A DNA stretch of 64,000 nucleotides from NCBI GenBank assembly GCA_951406725.2, contig OX597815.1, forward strand, positions 202,926,001 to 202,990,000, read 5' to 3'. Both the position numbers and the translations under genes were made by a program. Positions 25,808 to 40,085 of this stretch are shown in pieces. The notes below the pieces were generated by a model. The model had not been told where the DNA came from, did no database searches, and was given only the letters and a program-made list of their open reading frames with translations. The stretch's first letter is position 1; each line of letters starts with the position of its first letter. The stretch is from Octopus vulgaris. Lineage: Eukaryota.

Positions 25808-27050
25808 AGTGCATAGTATTATATATCTATTGTGTTGGTGTTCTTGTAGAAATGGTATGTGTGAAGAGGTACTATACGTGCACCATTTTCGTGGTAGGGG
25901 AAAATACTGTATACATAACTGTGTTCCTTGTGTTCTTCTATATATTGCTTAAAACCTTTTGTTAAATACTTTGAGGAAATTATGTATGCATGGAATGAGA
26001 GTAGGGGTACTATATGTATGGGGTGGAAAAGGGCTAATGGATAGATGTCTGCTGTTTTAGGATGTATCTGTTTGTGGGCGCGTTTTTGTATGTCAAACGT
26101 TTTGCCGGATGCTCAGGTGTTGGTGGTAGGAGTGCCAAAGCTGGGGGACTGCTGGTCATAGTCACGATACGCACATAGGTATGATAGGATGTACTTCCAT
26201 CATGTGGGCAACGATTAAGAATTTCACTTCTGCTATTCAGGTAGTTGCCCGGATTCTGAGAGCGCTTTAGCGCTTTCATATCGTTCTTTTCTTAGCCAAG
26301 CATGATCTGCACTTCCTCCCGCTATTGACGTACGCTCTGCATTTCTCTAAAATCATCCACTTTATGCTATACTCGGTGACGCTTTCTTTCAACGATCATA
26401 CGAGCTTGACCAGGGTTGTGGCGTTACATCTCTCCATGATGTTGAAGGAAAAATTATGGTTTTTACAGCGGGTTCTGAAGTTGCCTTCAGTTGCTCCCAC
26501 GTACTTTCGCACGTTTGGTTGCTTATTTGGTCCTATCGTTGTTACCTCGGCCTCGTATATGACAGTTTAGTATTATAGAGGCTGCTCAGTATACATGCTA
26601 TGTTATCCCTACATGAGCGTCCTACCTTTGTCTCAGGTATGGGGCTACATACAAAACTCTTTTCTACATTTAATGCGCAGGTAAAAAAAACTTGCAGAAT
26701 ATGCCTATTTAACATTTTACTGAACCTTTTTGTACGATGGACGTTTTTGTCTACTTAGCTAAGGGAAATCTTACCTACTCTGGTTTCAACACTTTAACAC
26801 CACTTAGGGTGGTGGGAACGTCAACGCTTTCCGGTTCATTTTTCTTGGAGGGATTGGTTATAGTTTGGCGTATAACTAATTCTTTCCTTAAAACCGCTTT
26901 TGGCCATTAACAGAGATTCATGTCATCCAACCATGGTTTTCAAGAACCTGGTAAAGGACGTCAGCAGAAGAATCTCCAACTTATCTTCAAACAAGGGATT
27001 TTTGATACTGCTACCCTGTACTATGATTAGTGGCTGGCCGCCAGCGGTCC
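25805..27050 (-). mobile_element. Penelope-like element relic (Neptune-type, C-terminal GIY-YIG) with an inverted 5' piece
   Basis: Minus 26565-26200: VIYEAEV...KYVGATEGNFRTR..NH..SF...IKWMIL...C..C...LNSRSEILNRCPH. Minus 26900-26650 resembles the RT-EN linker. Plus 26905-27050 HP....NL...VSRRISNLSS is the preceding thumb region in opposite orientation. Confidence 0.8.
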
Positions 27051-29496
27051 CTATTGCCACTGCAACAGTTCTTTACCTGTGGTTTTAAGTCATAAATTGC
27101 TTAGTAATTTTGTACATCTATACATCAACTGTTATTGAATATATCTTGAATAACACAACACACATTGTAAAGAGAAAGAGTTCCAAATGTAAGACTTCAT
27201 TAACAAAATTTCAAGTTTGGAGTATTATTTGTTAGTCTTCATATCACGAAGAACATGCTGGATCTTTAAATATTCAAACCCGTTTCTGTCTGTACGTTCA
27301 ATACTGCATCACGCATGCATATCTGAAATTTGACTTCGAAATAAATTAAAGAAACGATGTTTTATGATGAAGGACAGTAAATACAAATATTGTTATATAT
27401 TTGGAAATGAAAAATATTATGATAATGAGTTTATGGTTTCTGTATCTGAATTAAAGTAATTTTGCACTTCCATTGATATTGTAATAATTCCAGATATTTA
27501 TGCATTTCACAAGTCTGAACATTTGAATTAAAGTTGAAATCCCCTCCGACTGACTTCTATACAGTTTCCGTGTACTTAATTTCACTCAGAAGATGTAAGT
27601 CTATCCAAAGGTACTGTTGATCTTCATATCTTTGCTGAAGATCCGCGCTATGCAATCGAATATTTCACCTGAATATTTCACCTGCATAGCCCTGCATGCT
27701 GTCAGCTTTGAAAACCTTTACGGATATATAAACTGAACCCACGCTATTTAATCTCTTATATAACATGTGGTGTACGTGCTTCTGAAAATGAAACGAAGTC
27801 ATAGTACAGTATAATAAATGTTAACTTTATCCTGTTTTATAACTTAATTATATAGAGTTGATTACGTTCCATTATCTTTTTTATTGAGAAACAATTATAA
27901 TAAATTCTTAACCGTTGCTTAGAAACTAGTTTAGGTTTTCTTTTGTTTCTCTTATCAATTCCGGCTTCACAAAACATTAAATTCTTGATTAATGACAGGT
28001 GATATATATTTTTTTCAGTCATTACATTACGTTTTAGAACACTTGCAGCGAAACTGACAATAATAATTTTGGTTACGAGATAAGATTTTACAATTATGTC
28101 GAAGGCATTTATCATTGCAATATACGAATGCACAACCCGCTTCTTAACTTCTAGTCGTGGTAGGATGTAAAATGTTGCTAGGAGCTGCATAATATAATGG
28201 AATATAAATAAGTAAACACAACTAAAATCAACGGAAACGAGAAACTAATTTAATGGATTGTTTTGTTTTCTTTATACACGCTTCTTCGTAAGTTATAATT
28301 ATGTTTTATTACTTATACGCAATATCAGCCATTATGTTCAAATGGAATATAAGTTGTTGAATATGAATGTATTTATACACTATATGATAGTGACTAATAG
28401 TGGCATTATTGATGTTATACGATACTTGTAAAATATCATCGGTAATTCGATAAAAAACTAAATGGAAAGGTTGTAGGTCAGTCTTCGGTTATATTGTTAC
28501 ACATTTACATCTGTGGATAGAAAAATTTGAGGGACTATACTGATTATTAATATAATGTTACTTCAACTTCACGAAAGGTTAAAATATTTATGATGTGTTT
28601 TCCCAAATTACTGACAAAAGAAACGTTTGCTCATGTCTTCGCATGAAACTATTCGAATATTTGGTAGGAATTTGAATTGTAAAAATCTCAAATTATGAAT
28701 TATTTATTATTCGTCCAAAATCGATTCCCGGCAACATTGCTGGAAAGACGCTGCGTATTTTGACCTTTAATGCTAAACTTTCGTTTATATTTATATATGT
28801 TCATTGAAAGAATACACCAAATGAAACAGGAATATATTTTGTAGAAATGAAAATAGAATTATCAATTCAAATGAGCATCTAGAACTTTCTTCTACTTCAG
28901 CATTAAAACATCTTTTCCTGACTTCTGTCTTCTTTAATTTAAAGCAGAATCAAGAATACATTGACTGCAAAACAACTTTAACTTCTGACGAATGTGTTAA
29001 AAAATAAGTTTGGTGATACATCCATGGAATATAATAGCAAAAATCAAAATTCGGCAAGAGCAATGCACAATTATTTTGGAGCATCTTGAACAGATATAGA
29101 ACCAAAAAAATGTTCTGGAGTATTCATATCATCAATCTCAACGGTTCTATATTTCATTTAATAGAGAACTGAATAAGAAATACAGCGAAAGTAATTCAGG
29201 TAGGTTGTTAGATTTATGCTTGAGCATTCATACACATTTCTTTTGGTGATAAACATAGATGCACGAGGCATTCGATGATATTCAAGTACGTCTAAATATC
29301 AAGTATATGTATATATAATGAACTGTAATGTGTGTGTGTATGAGTGCGTTTTATGTATTTGCATTGTGTAAGTATAACTAATATATGTATATATAAATAT
29401 ATATATATATGTAGTTATGAATATATCATATATATACATATACACATATACATATAAATACATACACACGCACACACATACATATATATATATATG

Positions 29497-29550
<54 letters not shown>

Positions 29551-29587
29551 TATATGCATGTATATATATATATAAACAAATATACAC

Positions 29588-29780
29588 AGGCGCAAGCGGA
29601 CTATATGGTAACAAGTTTGTTTTCAACCGCATGGCTCTAGGTTCCGTCCCACTGCCTGGCACCTCGGTAAAGTGTCTTCTGCCGTAGTCTCAGGCCGACC
29701 AACAGAAGCCTTCTCAGGGGAGTTGGCAGACGGAAACTGAAGGAAACTCGGCGAATGTATGTGTGTATGTGTCAAGGGAC

Positions 29781-29832
<52 letters not shown>

Positions 29833-29915
29833 GACAGGGTTCTTTCAGCATATTTCTACCAACCTTTTGTCCACCCACAAGGCTTTGGTCGGCCCGAGGC
29901 TATAGTAGGAAGCAC
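29588..29915. mobile_element. Two degenerate SINE family A fragments (29588-29780 +, 29830-29915 -) facing across (TA)n
   Basis: AGTGTCTTCTGCCGTAGTCTCAGGCCGACC on plus; GGTCGGCCCGAGGCTATAGTAGGAAGCACT is its reverse-complement homolog. Confidence 0.7.
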
Positions 29916-30835
29916 TTATGTATATATATAAGTAATTTTGTCTCGATTTCTGATGTTGTTCCTACACAAATAAATCACAATCTCAGTAGTGTAGCATAAA
30001 CACTTTCTACTTGCCTATATTTAGAATATTTGTTACTACTTGAATTTTTACAATATTTTTAAGTGTATCCTTACTTTAACTACAAACACCAAATTTCAAA
30101 TTACTAATTCAAATATTCAGTAATATACATTAGTAGGATGTTATTTATAGGTGGAAATATGTATATGTAGGATCTTATTGAAGAAATCAAACTGTGAGTT
30201 TAGGAACAGTTGACCATTAAGATTTTCTTTCGCATTGGTTTCATATGGAATATACGAATTCTCTAAGTCGCTGAAATTCATAACAGTAGTTGTATATTTC
30301 AGATTGTTATTTATGTGACGTGCATGCACACTAATGCATAGATGTATGTATTTTGATATACGAATTGACAGAAAATCATAGATATGTATATGTGTGTGTG
30401 CATATTCGTGTGTGCGCGCGTGTGTGTATGCATATACACTCATACATACACACTTATAATAGTGAATATGTTCTAGACAGAGCACAGACTGCGAGTGAGT
30501 TTACATCTTAATTACGTTGTATTTCCTTGGAGGAATAACATATACATGTCACACCCATTTATCACGTCTATAAATTTCTATAATTATTGCTAAAAATGAA
30601 GGCATGTGTGTGTGTGTGGGTGTGCGTGTGTGCGTATCCGTGAGTGTGTGTGTGTGTGTGCAGATGTGTATCTGCGTGTGCTTGTGGGTGCAATTCAAAT
30701 TCTTTGACATCCTTGAAATTCTCCACTCCCTTTCATGTAGTCTCGGTGAGAGTGTATACACCCCCACCACACACACGCACACACGTACATATGCATATAT
30801 ATATATATATACATATATACATATATATATATTTA

Positions 30836-30975
<140 letters not shown>

Positions 30976-31024
30976 TGACAACAAAAGAATGAATGAGACC
31001 TCGATATCATGTAAATAGAGGAAT

Positions 31025-31093
<69 letters not shown>

Positions 31094-31394
31094 GACAATC
31101 AGAAAGTTGCCATAATAATACTTAGTTTCAACAACTGGAGCTGAGAGCTTCTGGGCATTTTTCATCAGTTATTGAGACAAGAAACGCTATGTAAAAAACC
31201 GTTGAATAAAGTGAAGTGACTCAAATAGGCTTGGAAAAAATAAAAGAAAGATATATAAAATATAAAATATATAAATAAATTTACAAAAGTACATGCAACC
31301 ACATACTCGTTAAGATAGAAATTTCGTTTATAAAATATGCATACGTACACATTCACGCAGATATGTATCTATACATACATACACGTACACACCT

Positions 31395-31453
<59 letters not shown>

Positions 31454-31587
31454 TATATATATATATATACATATACATGCATATATATATATATACAGAT
31501 ATATATATGTATATGCATATATATATGTATGTATGTGTGTATGTATGTATGTATGTATGTATGTATGAATGTATGTATGTATGTATA

Positions 31588-31770
31588 GATCGTTAGCCAC
31601 TAAACCCTTTAAATTTTCTCTCCCTATTTATTTCTGCGTGCCTTTCTGTCGAAGAGCGTAGGCTCGAAATGTAAAGGACTTCCTCACCTCCCGAACGTTA
31701 AACTAATACATATGTTTGTTGTTTACACACTCGTCTTCGTCTTCTGGTTTTTTATTTTTGTAAATTCTCA
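31588..31770 (+). mobile_element. Short PLE-like repeat (family P4) with hammerhead-like motif at 31641-31677
   Basis: CCUUU-CUGUCGA-A-GAGC-GUAG-GCUC-GAAA-UG-UA-AAGG; related fragments at 43705-43770 (-) and 53728-53880. Confidence 0.5.
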
Positions 31771-31881
31771 ATATACATATATATACACACACACATATAC
31801 ATACACACATATATGTGTCCATACACGAATTATTATGCTCATATACACATCTCTACGCGCACACACATACGCGTCGTATAT

Positions 31882-31953
<72 letters not shown>

Positions 31954-31955
31954 CA

Positions 31956-31986
<31 letters not shown>

Positions 31987-31994
31987 TTCTATAT

Positions 31995-32229
31995 TTTTTT
32001 TATTTTATTTTTTTTCAGTTATTTGACTGCGGAGATGCTGGATCACCGACTTTAGTCCAACAAAACGTTCCCGGGACTTATTCTTTGTAAGCCTAGTAAT
32101 TATTCTATTGGTCTCTTTTGCTGAACAAAGAATTTAGGGAGACGTAAACACTCCAGCATCGGTTGTCAGGCGATGGTAGTGGGGATAAACACAGATACGC
32201 GATCATATACATGTACATGTACATACAAA

Positions 32230-32291
<62 letters not shown>

Positions 32292-32442
32292 ACGGTTTTC
32301 TTTCAGTTTCCGTCTACCAAATCCATTCACAGCGCCTTGGTCGGCCTGAGGCTATAGTAGAAGAGGTGCCATGTAGTGTGAGTGAACCCGAGACCATGTG
32401 GTGGGAAAGCAAGCTTCTTACCACGCAGCCACATCTGCTGCG

Positions 32443-32444
<2 letters not shown>
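31995..32444 (-). mobile_element. SINE family A, degenerate full-length copy
   Basis: Reverse complement of 333-748, including an expanded internal (TA)n. Confidence 0.8.
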
Positions 32445-32535
<91 letters not shown>

Positions 32536-32539
<4 letters not shown>

Positions 32540-32872
32540 GCAGCGTGGAAGGTGCTTGTAAGCCATTTAAGAAACACACAAAAGCCGTTCGATTCACTTC
32601 AACATTTAAGTTTAATTTGTCAAAATATTTTCGTCGCTAAAATCCGCGACCTGTTCACTGACAAAAATCAGATGCAGCACGGATTTTTGTCAGTGAACAG
32701 GTCGCGGATTTTAGCGACGAAAATATTTTGACAAATTAAACTTAAATGTTGAAGTGAATCGAACAGCTTTTGTGTGTTTCTTAAATGGCTTACAAACACC
32801 TTCCACGCTGCAATTGTTTCCTTTCCAGCACACGATCTCAGATCAAATCACTTGCTATGCGAGTACATCTCC

Positions 32873-32873
<1 letters not shown>
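32536..32873. mobile_element. Foldback Penelope-like element (family P1): ~134-bp inverted arms, 12-bp spacer, ~57-nt tail, inside (TA)n
   Basis: 32536-32669 is the reverse complement of 32682-32815 with about two mismatches; tail 32817-32873 also seen at 4010-4066. Confidence 0.85.
32686..32735 (+). ncRNA. Minimal type I hammerhead fold with G3:C8 variant core
   Basis: UUUGUCA-GUGAACA-G-GUCGC-GGAUUUUA-GCGAC-GAAA-AUAU-U-U-UGACAAA: 7-bp stem I, 5-bp stem II, palindromic AAUAUU stem III; mirror copy on the minus strand at ~32616-32665. Confidence 0.7.
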
Positions 32874-32966
<93 letters not shown>

Positions 32967-33768
32967 GAGTGAGAGAAAGAGAAACAAAGTGACAAAGTGA
33001 GAGAGCAATATTATTTGTTATAAGAATATTGTCATTATCATCACATGAAAAATGGTATCTGTCACTTTCGACGGCCTTCTTCGATTTCTTCCTACAATGA
33101 ATCGGCGTAGTCATTGGATTATGTCAGTTCAGTTGGTATTTCACAGATTTTCAGGGTGTTTATAACATCGAATCATGTATGATCCATGTATATCTATGTT
33201 GTCTATAAATTTCTGATATTGTCTATTGAACTGGCTTCTGAGTAGTTTTCATTATACCACTTTAACTAAAAAGAAAGCTTTCATTAACTCAAAATTGTGC
33301 TTATAAACATTAACTCTAGAACGTACGTTGCGGGCTCAAACTCAAATGTGCATGATCGTGATGTGAAATTCGTATATATATACCAGAATATTTAGATAAA
33401 TTTATACATACTTGCACACATGTAACATGCATATATACATGGATACATCGATACATATATGCATGTATATGTACATAAGTATTTGCAGAAACAGCTATTT
33501 ATGTGCACGGGGTTATACTTTACACATTCTGTTTTGTTATTTGGCTGCGCCCATTTCGAGGCACCAACTTGAAGAGTTCGGTGGATCTAGTTCCCTCCAG
33601 TACTTAGTTTTTATCCATCTCTTCTTGCCAACGCGTAAAGCGGTACAATGACAAACTGAAACAAACGGGAACACACAAACACATACACTTAAAAACAAAC
33701 ACGATCGTATGTCAGTGCAAACAATGGCAATCAATATTGTGTGCACATACTCTTTCATATATATATAT

Positions 33769-34154
33769 GGATGGAAGCACTCCGTCGGTTACGACGATGA
33801 GGGTTCCGGTTGATCCGAATCAACGGAACAGCCCGCTCGTGAAATTAACGTGTATGTGGCTGGTCACTCCACAGACACGTGTACCTTTAACGTAGTTCTC
33901 GGGGATATTCAGCGTGACACAGTGTGTGACAAGGCCGGCCCTTTGAAATACAGGTACAACAGAAACAGGAAGTAAGAGTGAGAGAAAGTTGTGGTGAAAG
34001 AGTACAGCAGGGATCACCACCATCCCCTGACGAAGCCTCGTGGAGCTTTAGGTGTTTTCGCTCAATAAACACTCAGAACGCCCGGTCTGGGAATCGAAAC
34101 CGCGATCCTGTGACCGCGAGTCCGCTGCCCTAACCACTGGGCCATTGCGCCTCC
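33769..34154 (-). mobile_element. SINE family B
   Basis: Reverse complement of 1187-1566; flanked by TCATATATATATAT on both sides. Confidence 0.9.
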
Positions 34155-34563
34155 ACTCATATATATATATAAATGAAGCAAGGAAGAATTAAGTAAGCTT
34201 CATTTAGACGTGTTCGCATTTGCCAACAGCAGGTCGTGGTGAGCAACTGTGTATGGAATTTTTTTGCACTGTACTGCAATATCTAGAGGACTCTTCAAAT
34301 GTTTTGGCGCTCGGAAACTTTGTTTAAGCTTTGTCGTCTTTTATTTTGATACTGGGCACATAGAGCAAAAACAAATGGGTTTCCTGAGCGTACAGTCTTT
34401 TTGCATTAAATAAGCCTGGTGTTTCTCTGGTATTTGAAAACTCATCATGAAATCCGACGGACACACTATCAGTATATATATGAGTATATATCTGCATATG
34501 CATGCACATATATAAAACAAATTGCTGGTAAAATATTGCGCATAAATTTTAGTGTACATAAAC

Positions 34564-34790
34564 AAGAATATTATTTAAGTATTCTATATAGATTCTATAT
34601 ATTCTATACAGAAGAGTATATAAGAATTCTATATATTTCTATATAGAAGGGTAAATAAGAATTCTACATATTCTATATAGAAAAGTATATAAGAATTCTA
34701 TATATTCTATAAGGAGTAAATAAGAATTCTACATATTCTATATAGAAAAGTATATAAGAATTCTATATATTCAATATAGAAGAGTATTCT
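34564..34790. repeat. Minisatellite, ~33-bp unit (ATAAGAATTCTATATATTCTATATAGAAAAGTAT), ~6-7 copies
   Basis: Directly visible; units alternate between ...GTAAAT and ...GTATAT variants. Confidence 0.9.
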
Positions 34791-35289
34791 GAATTTTCTT
34801 TATAATGCGCTTGTGTTCCTTTATAACACAAATTCTTCCGGTGCTTTTAGCAATTCCTGCGGGTTGGAGACAATGAGCAAATGTCAAAAGCTTGATATTA
34901 ACGCTAATTGTTTCCTTTCTTTGTTTAACGTCCATGGAGACATACACATGATAGCTAAAGTGTTTTCTCTCCCGAAGAGATACATATAAAGTAATCATTA
35001 CTTCTTAACATTGTAGCTTGTAGCGTAGAAAGTAAATCGTGATGGGATTTAAATTATTGATGAAAAACTGAAAGTGACACATTTCACTTATTATTCACCA
35101 CGAAAGAAAGGTTATGTCAGTGAAGAACTTCACTTAACCACATTAGATTTACCTGGAATTTTCTATTAGTGCCTCGGGTTGACGAATAGGTTCTCTGTGG
35201 AATTCTCTTTTGGGAAACTGTATGGATGTTGAGTTCATTACATATGTCTGTGTGTACGAGTGTATATAAGTATACATACATACACACAC

Positions 35290-36504
35290 AATGCGGTGAA
35301 TAGATTGTCGTTTAAATTACGCAAACATGAAAATAACACTGACATCTCATTTTAACAGATATATTTGCCACAATTACCGAAAAATAACCTGAAATACTAA
35401 AGAGTAGGTTTATTCAATAAAATCGCCATTGGCTCTAACCAGAGCCTCAAGACGACGGCGGAATCGCCTTTAGTTCATCTTTGGTGTTACAACACATAAT
35501 AGTCAACGTGGTTGCATCTGGAGAGTTAGGTGGCCAGATGTTTGCAGAGATGTAGTCGCAGAAATTGTCTCACAGCCTTAATTGGGTTCTCTTGCTTGTG
35601 TGGCATGATACAGAGTCTTGTTGCCAGACATAGGGTCTTCTAGTAGCCACCCTCTTGACTTCCTCCAGGCACTTAATGGAGACCCCCGTGTTGATTCTGA
35701 GGTCGTGTGGGAAGATGAATGGAGGCATAACGTCTCCATCATTAGTCATCACTCGAAACAGCATAATGTTGACTGGATGTTTGATTTTTATCGATCTTGG
35801 TACATGTTTTGGGGACACGGCAAGCCAAACCTTATTCTGTGAGTTCACCATATGATCCTGGCAGAAATTTTTCTCGACTCAGAAAAACCAAAACATGTTC
35901 AGTTGGAAGGGATGCTTGAGCTTGTTCAAAAGCTACGTGGAACGGACTTCTCTCTTGTCCTTGATGGCTTCGGATAAAAATTGGCCGTTTTTCACCTTGT
36001 ATGAGGAATACCGAATATCTTCATGCACTACCTGCCTGATAAGGAACTCCCTTGTTCCATGTCCTGCCTGATAAGAAACTCCCTGTCCTTGGCGATGGAC
36101 CTGATTGACTTGGAGGGATCGTTGTCAATCATGGCCTGGTTCTCACCAACAAATTCAGTAGTTCTTTTCTTATAAGAGCGATCGGAGTGAGTTTTCCTAG
36201 CTGCCGTCCATTCGTAATGACCTTTAGACTCATCCGACTCGTTCCGAATCATCTGCACTGTCCTCAGATTGACACCCAAACACTCTGAAATGTTCATATT
36301 GGAGCTTCCGTTGCGAATGCCAAGCAATACAGCATGTCGTTTCCAAATTCCTGGTAGAGAAAAACATCATGGTCGTGATTTTCTCACAGACGGTGCCCAA
36401 CTGACCCTACTTTACTGTGCAGGTGACAAACTCAAAAAGAAACAATTCGCATGTGCGAAATTAAAAAATATACAATAGCAATAATCTTACGCACCGCAGC
36501 TTGT
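35290..36504 (-). mobile_element. Decayed Tc1/mariner transposon, DD37D (maT) type
   Basis: N-terminal HTH-like ISECLGVNLRTVQ; RPYVWQQD...HTS..TQ...NF.D.IS..IWPPNSPD then CNHVDY after one frameshift gives 37-residue spacing; weak TIR TGCGGTG..TA.GATT. Confidence 0.8.
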
Positions 36505-36513
36505 ATGTATACA

Positions 36514-36547
<34 letters not shown>

Positions 36548-36548
36548 C

Positions 36549-36641
<93 letters not shown>

Positions 36642-37011
36642 TGTGTGTGTATGTGTGTCAGAAATTAAAATGGCAAAATGCCATGAGAAATTGTCATGAA
36701 CTTCATTAGCTTACAGGTGTTTCTGCATTAAGATGCAATTCACTCATCTAATTTTGTTTCACCATGGTAACTACAATGAATTTGCCTTTCGAAGTTGAAA
36801 TATGTCACGAGCATATTTTAATCCACCTAAAATTTGCTTATGCATAAGCACTGCTTAAGGCTGATACTGGTGAAAAGACAGCAGAGACATACCGGTAGAC
36901 AAGCAGGCAGACGAACAGACACATAGACAGACAGACAGGCAGACAGACACATACACAGACAGACACACAGACAGAACCACAGACATACACACAGACAGAC
37001 ACACACACATA

Positions 37012-37242
<231 letters not shown>

Positions 37243-37345
37243 GGAACATTCATATTCAGGACTTCGAATTTTAGTGCAGCTACTCCATATTCACTGAAAT
37301 TCATAGTTTTATAGATCAGCATAAATTTTAATCGCCCGACAAATA

Positions 37346-37764
37346 CCGTATATACTCGACTATAAAACGCCCTCGTCTATAAGACGCACACTCCCTCTTA
37401 GAAGGTTGAAATCTGGAATTTTATCATTGATCCGACTATAAGTCGTGGCGACATTTTTGATCTTGGTGAGTAAAGTTCGATTAGGAATAGCGCGAACATG
37501 GTTGCTCAGTAACCGAGCTTTCAGTAAGCTGAAGATGACTTTCAATAACTGTTAATCCCATTAAATCCATGCATTTTAGAAACCGTTGTATATAACGTAA
37601 AATTTCATCCGTTTCGGTTATTCCAAGTGTCGGAACTTCAGAAGTGGCTTGTACCTAGAAAATATATGAAGTTACTTTTTATAGGATGTGCTTATAATTC
37701 GCACCCCCAGCTTTAGGTAAAACTTTCAGGGGGAAATGTGCGACTTATAGCTGAATATATACGG
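37346..37764. mobile_element. Tc2/pogo-like MITE
   Basis: TIRs CCGTATATACTCGACTATAA / TTATAGCTGAATATATACGG; TA on the left, TG on the right; subterminal (G/T)CTATAAG repeats; no ORF. Confidence 0.7.
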
Positions 37765-38279
37765 TGGTCAGCATTTAAAGCTCCATAGTTGTTTCTGTAT
37801 ACCCAAATGTAAACTTTGAAGCAGGCTCATTTTATCGTTTGAGATTCAATTAGAAAGCAGTTTGATTATATAGTATTATACTACATCAGCTCACGCACTA
37901 TTATTTAACAATGATTATATAATTTAATATTATATAGGGAAAAGCTCATAAGGCAGTTGCCATGTCAAGTCTTCGTAACAGGAATATGGCGTAAATACCT
38001 TACCTAATATAGGCATACGAATATTGACTTTTAGATAAATACGAATTAAATTTTGGCTGAACACAATTCGGATTTTCCGAAATGACAACTTAGTTAACGG
38101 TCTTAGTTGAAAATGATACGGGCATCCGTCAATTTTGAAAGATTACAACAGTTGATATTGCTCTCCTGTCGTTCTTCGCAATGGAATCTCTGTGCCGAAA
38201 CATGTCGTTATTTTACTGGGTTACGTATTGATCATACAGCTATAAGTTTTAGGCTTTAATAAATTTGATTATAATAAAT

Positions 38280-38490
38280 GTTGATTTCCAATTTGGTACA
38301 ATGCCAGTACGTCGGGTGCAGCAGTTAGTTGATTACAGCGACCCAATGCTCAACTGGTACTTATTTTATCACCACTCCCCTTAAAGAATAAGAGACAAGT
38401 CGACCCCGACAGTATTTGAAATCAGAACGTAAAGACGGGCGAAATACCGCTAAGCACTTAGCTTTTGCCAACGATTCTGCCAGCGCGCTA
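38280..38490 (-). mobile_element. Degenerate SINE family C
   Basis: AACTGGTACTTATTTTATC...AAGTCGACCCCGACAGTATTTGAAATCAGAACGTAAAGACGG; a similar relic lies at 41800-42035. Confidence 0.65.
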
Positions 38491-38822
38491 CTTTTTGATT
38501 AAAATAGATATTGGCACACAATATCCTTAGCCATGCAGTTACGTTGGAGATTGTAGTTATTGTGCGAGGTCATCTGCATCATTAGAAGTATTGTTAGTTT
38601 ATAATTTCGTTACGTTTATTTAGTTTATAAGTGTAATGATATGCTTAAATTACTGTCAAACTTTAAGGTCGTTGAATTTTCATATTTATACATATCTTTG
38701 TTATATATACGTGTGTAAGACTGTTTTTAAGAATGTGTGTAAGACAATGTGTATGTATGTGTATGAGTGCATGTGTGTGTGTGTTTGTGTGTTTTTTTTG
38801 CTTTGTTAGATATGCTTTATGT

Positions 38823-39212
38823 GAGGGAGGAAGCACTCCGTCGGTTACGACGACGAGGGTTCCGGTTGATCCGAATCAACGGAACAGCCTGCTCGTGAAA
38901 TTAACGTGTTAGTGGCTGAGCACTCCACAGACACGTGTACCTTTAACGTAGTTCTCGGGGATATTCAGCGTGACACAGAGAGTGACAAGGCCGGCCCTTT
39001 GAAATGCAGGTACAACAGAAACAAGAAGTAAGAGTGAGAGAAAGTTGTGGTGAAAGAGTACAGCAGGGATCACCACCATCCCCTGCCGGAGCTTCGTGGA
39101 ACTTTTTAGGTGTTTTCGCTCAATAAACACTCACAACGCCCGGTCTGGGAATCGAAACTGCGATCCTACGACCGCGAGTCCGCTGCCCTAACCACTGGGC
39201 CATTGCGCTTCC
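38823..39212 (-). mobile_element. SINE family B
   Basis: Reverse complement of 1187-1566; 12-bp TSD TATGCTTTATGT at 38811-38822 and 39216-39227. Confidence 0.92.
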
Positions 39213-40085
39213 ACTTATGCTTTATGTAACATGTAAACCGCTATAATCTGCTATATGGTCCGTTCGCGGACAACTAACTCTGCTTCACCAAGAAGGTTTC
39301 TCGACGAAGAAGATATAAACCCACATTGACAAATAGGAGAATTCCTGTTAAAGAATTGTAAGATCCCAATTTATGCTCAATGACACTTCAGCGGGACCAT
39401 AGACGCGTATGTTATAATGAGCAATCGCGCCTCAAGACCATATGCGAGTGATAGAACCCTATTTCTTGTTAGTTTATCAGTCTAGAATTATATTTTCATG
39501 TAAAATACAGCGATCATTCGGCTTCCGGCTGTCTCAACCAATGCAGATTCACCTGTAGTATCCGAAAAGTAAGTGTTCACTTTAACCAATTTCACATACA
39601 GAAATTTATTGCAAACCACCCCATCAAAAACATGGACACCCATGAAGGTATATAGTGGAACAAACAGCCTTGATCAGCTGGCAGTATATAAATACAAACC
39701 AACACGTAAGTGGCTTGGAATATTACTCGCTTCACTTCCAAATTTTCGTGAAAGAGTCAGCAGCTCTAAATATGATTGCACTTGTAACCTGTCACTCATA
39801 AAGAAACTGCAAAAGTAGGACTAAATAAAGTTTACCTGATTCTGAAATTAGTAAAAATCTCTGTAGTGATCCGGTGGAATTCATCGGGTTTCCAGAATAA
39901 CACAAAAAGTACACAACTTTCTAAGAAATCAACAGCAGCGCACGCACGCACACACACACACAAATACACTCACACATACATACCTATACACACACACACG
40001 CGCACTCAAAGGCATTCACCCATAAGCCACCCATACCCACCTGAGTGCAGTCAGACACAGATACGTAGTCATTGACATGTATATA

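Noticed and set aside
25855-25900. Possible hammerhead GTGAAGA-GGTAC...GTGC
   Set aside because: No GAAA or stem III follows stem II.
34564-34790. CRISPR-like array of ~33-bp repeats
   Set aside because: Units are contiguous with no unique spacers, no cas genes are present and the context is eukaryotic; it is a minisatellite.
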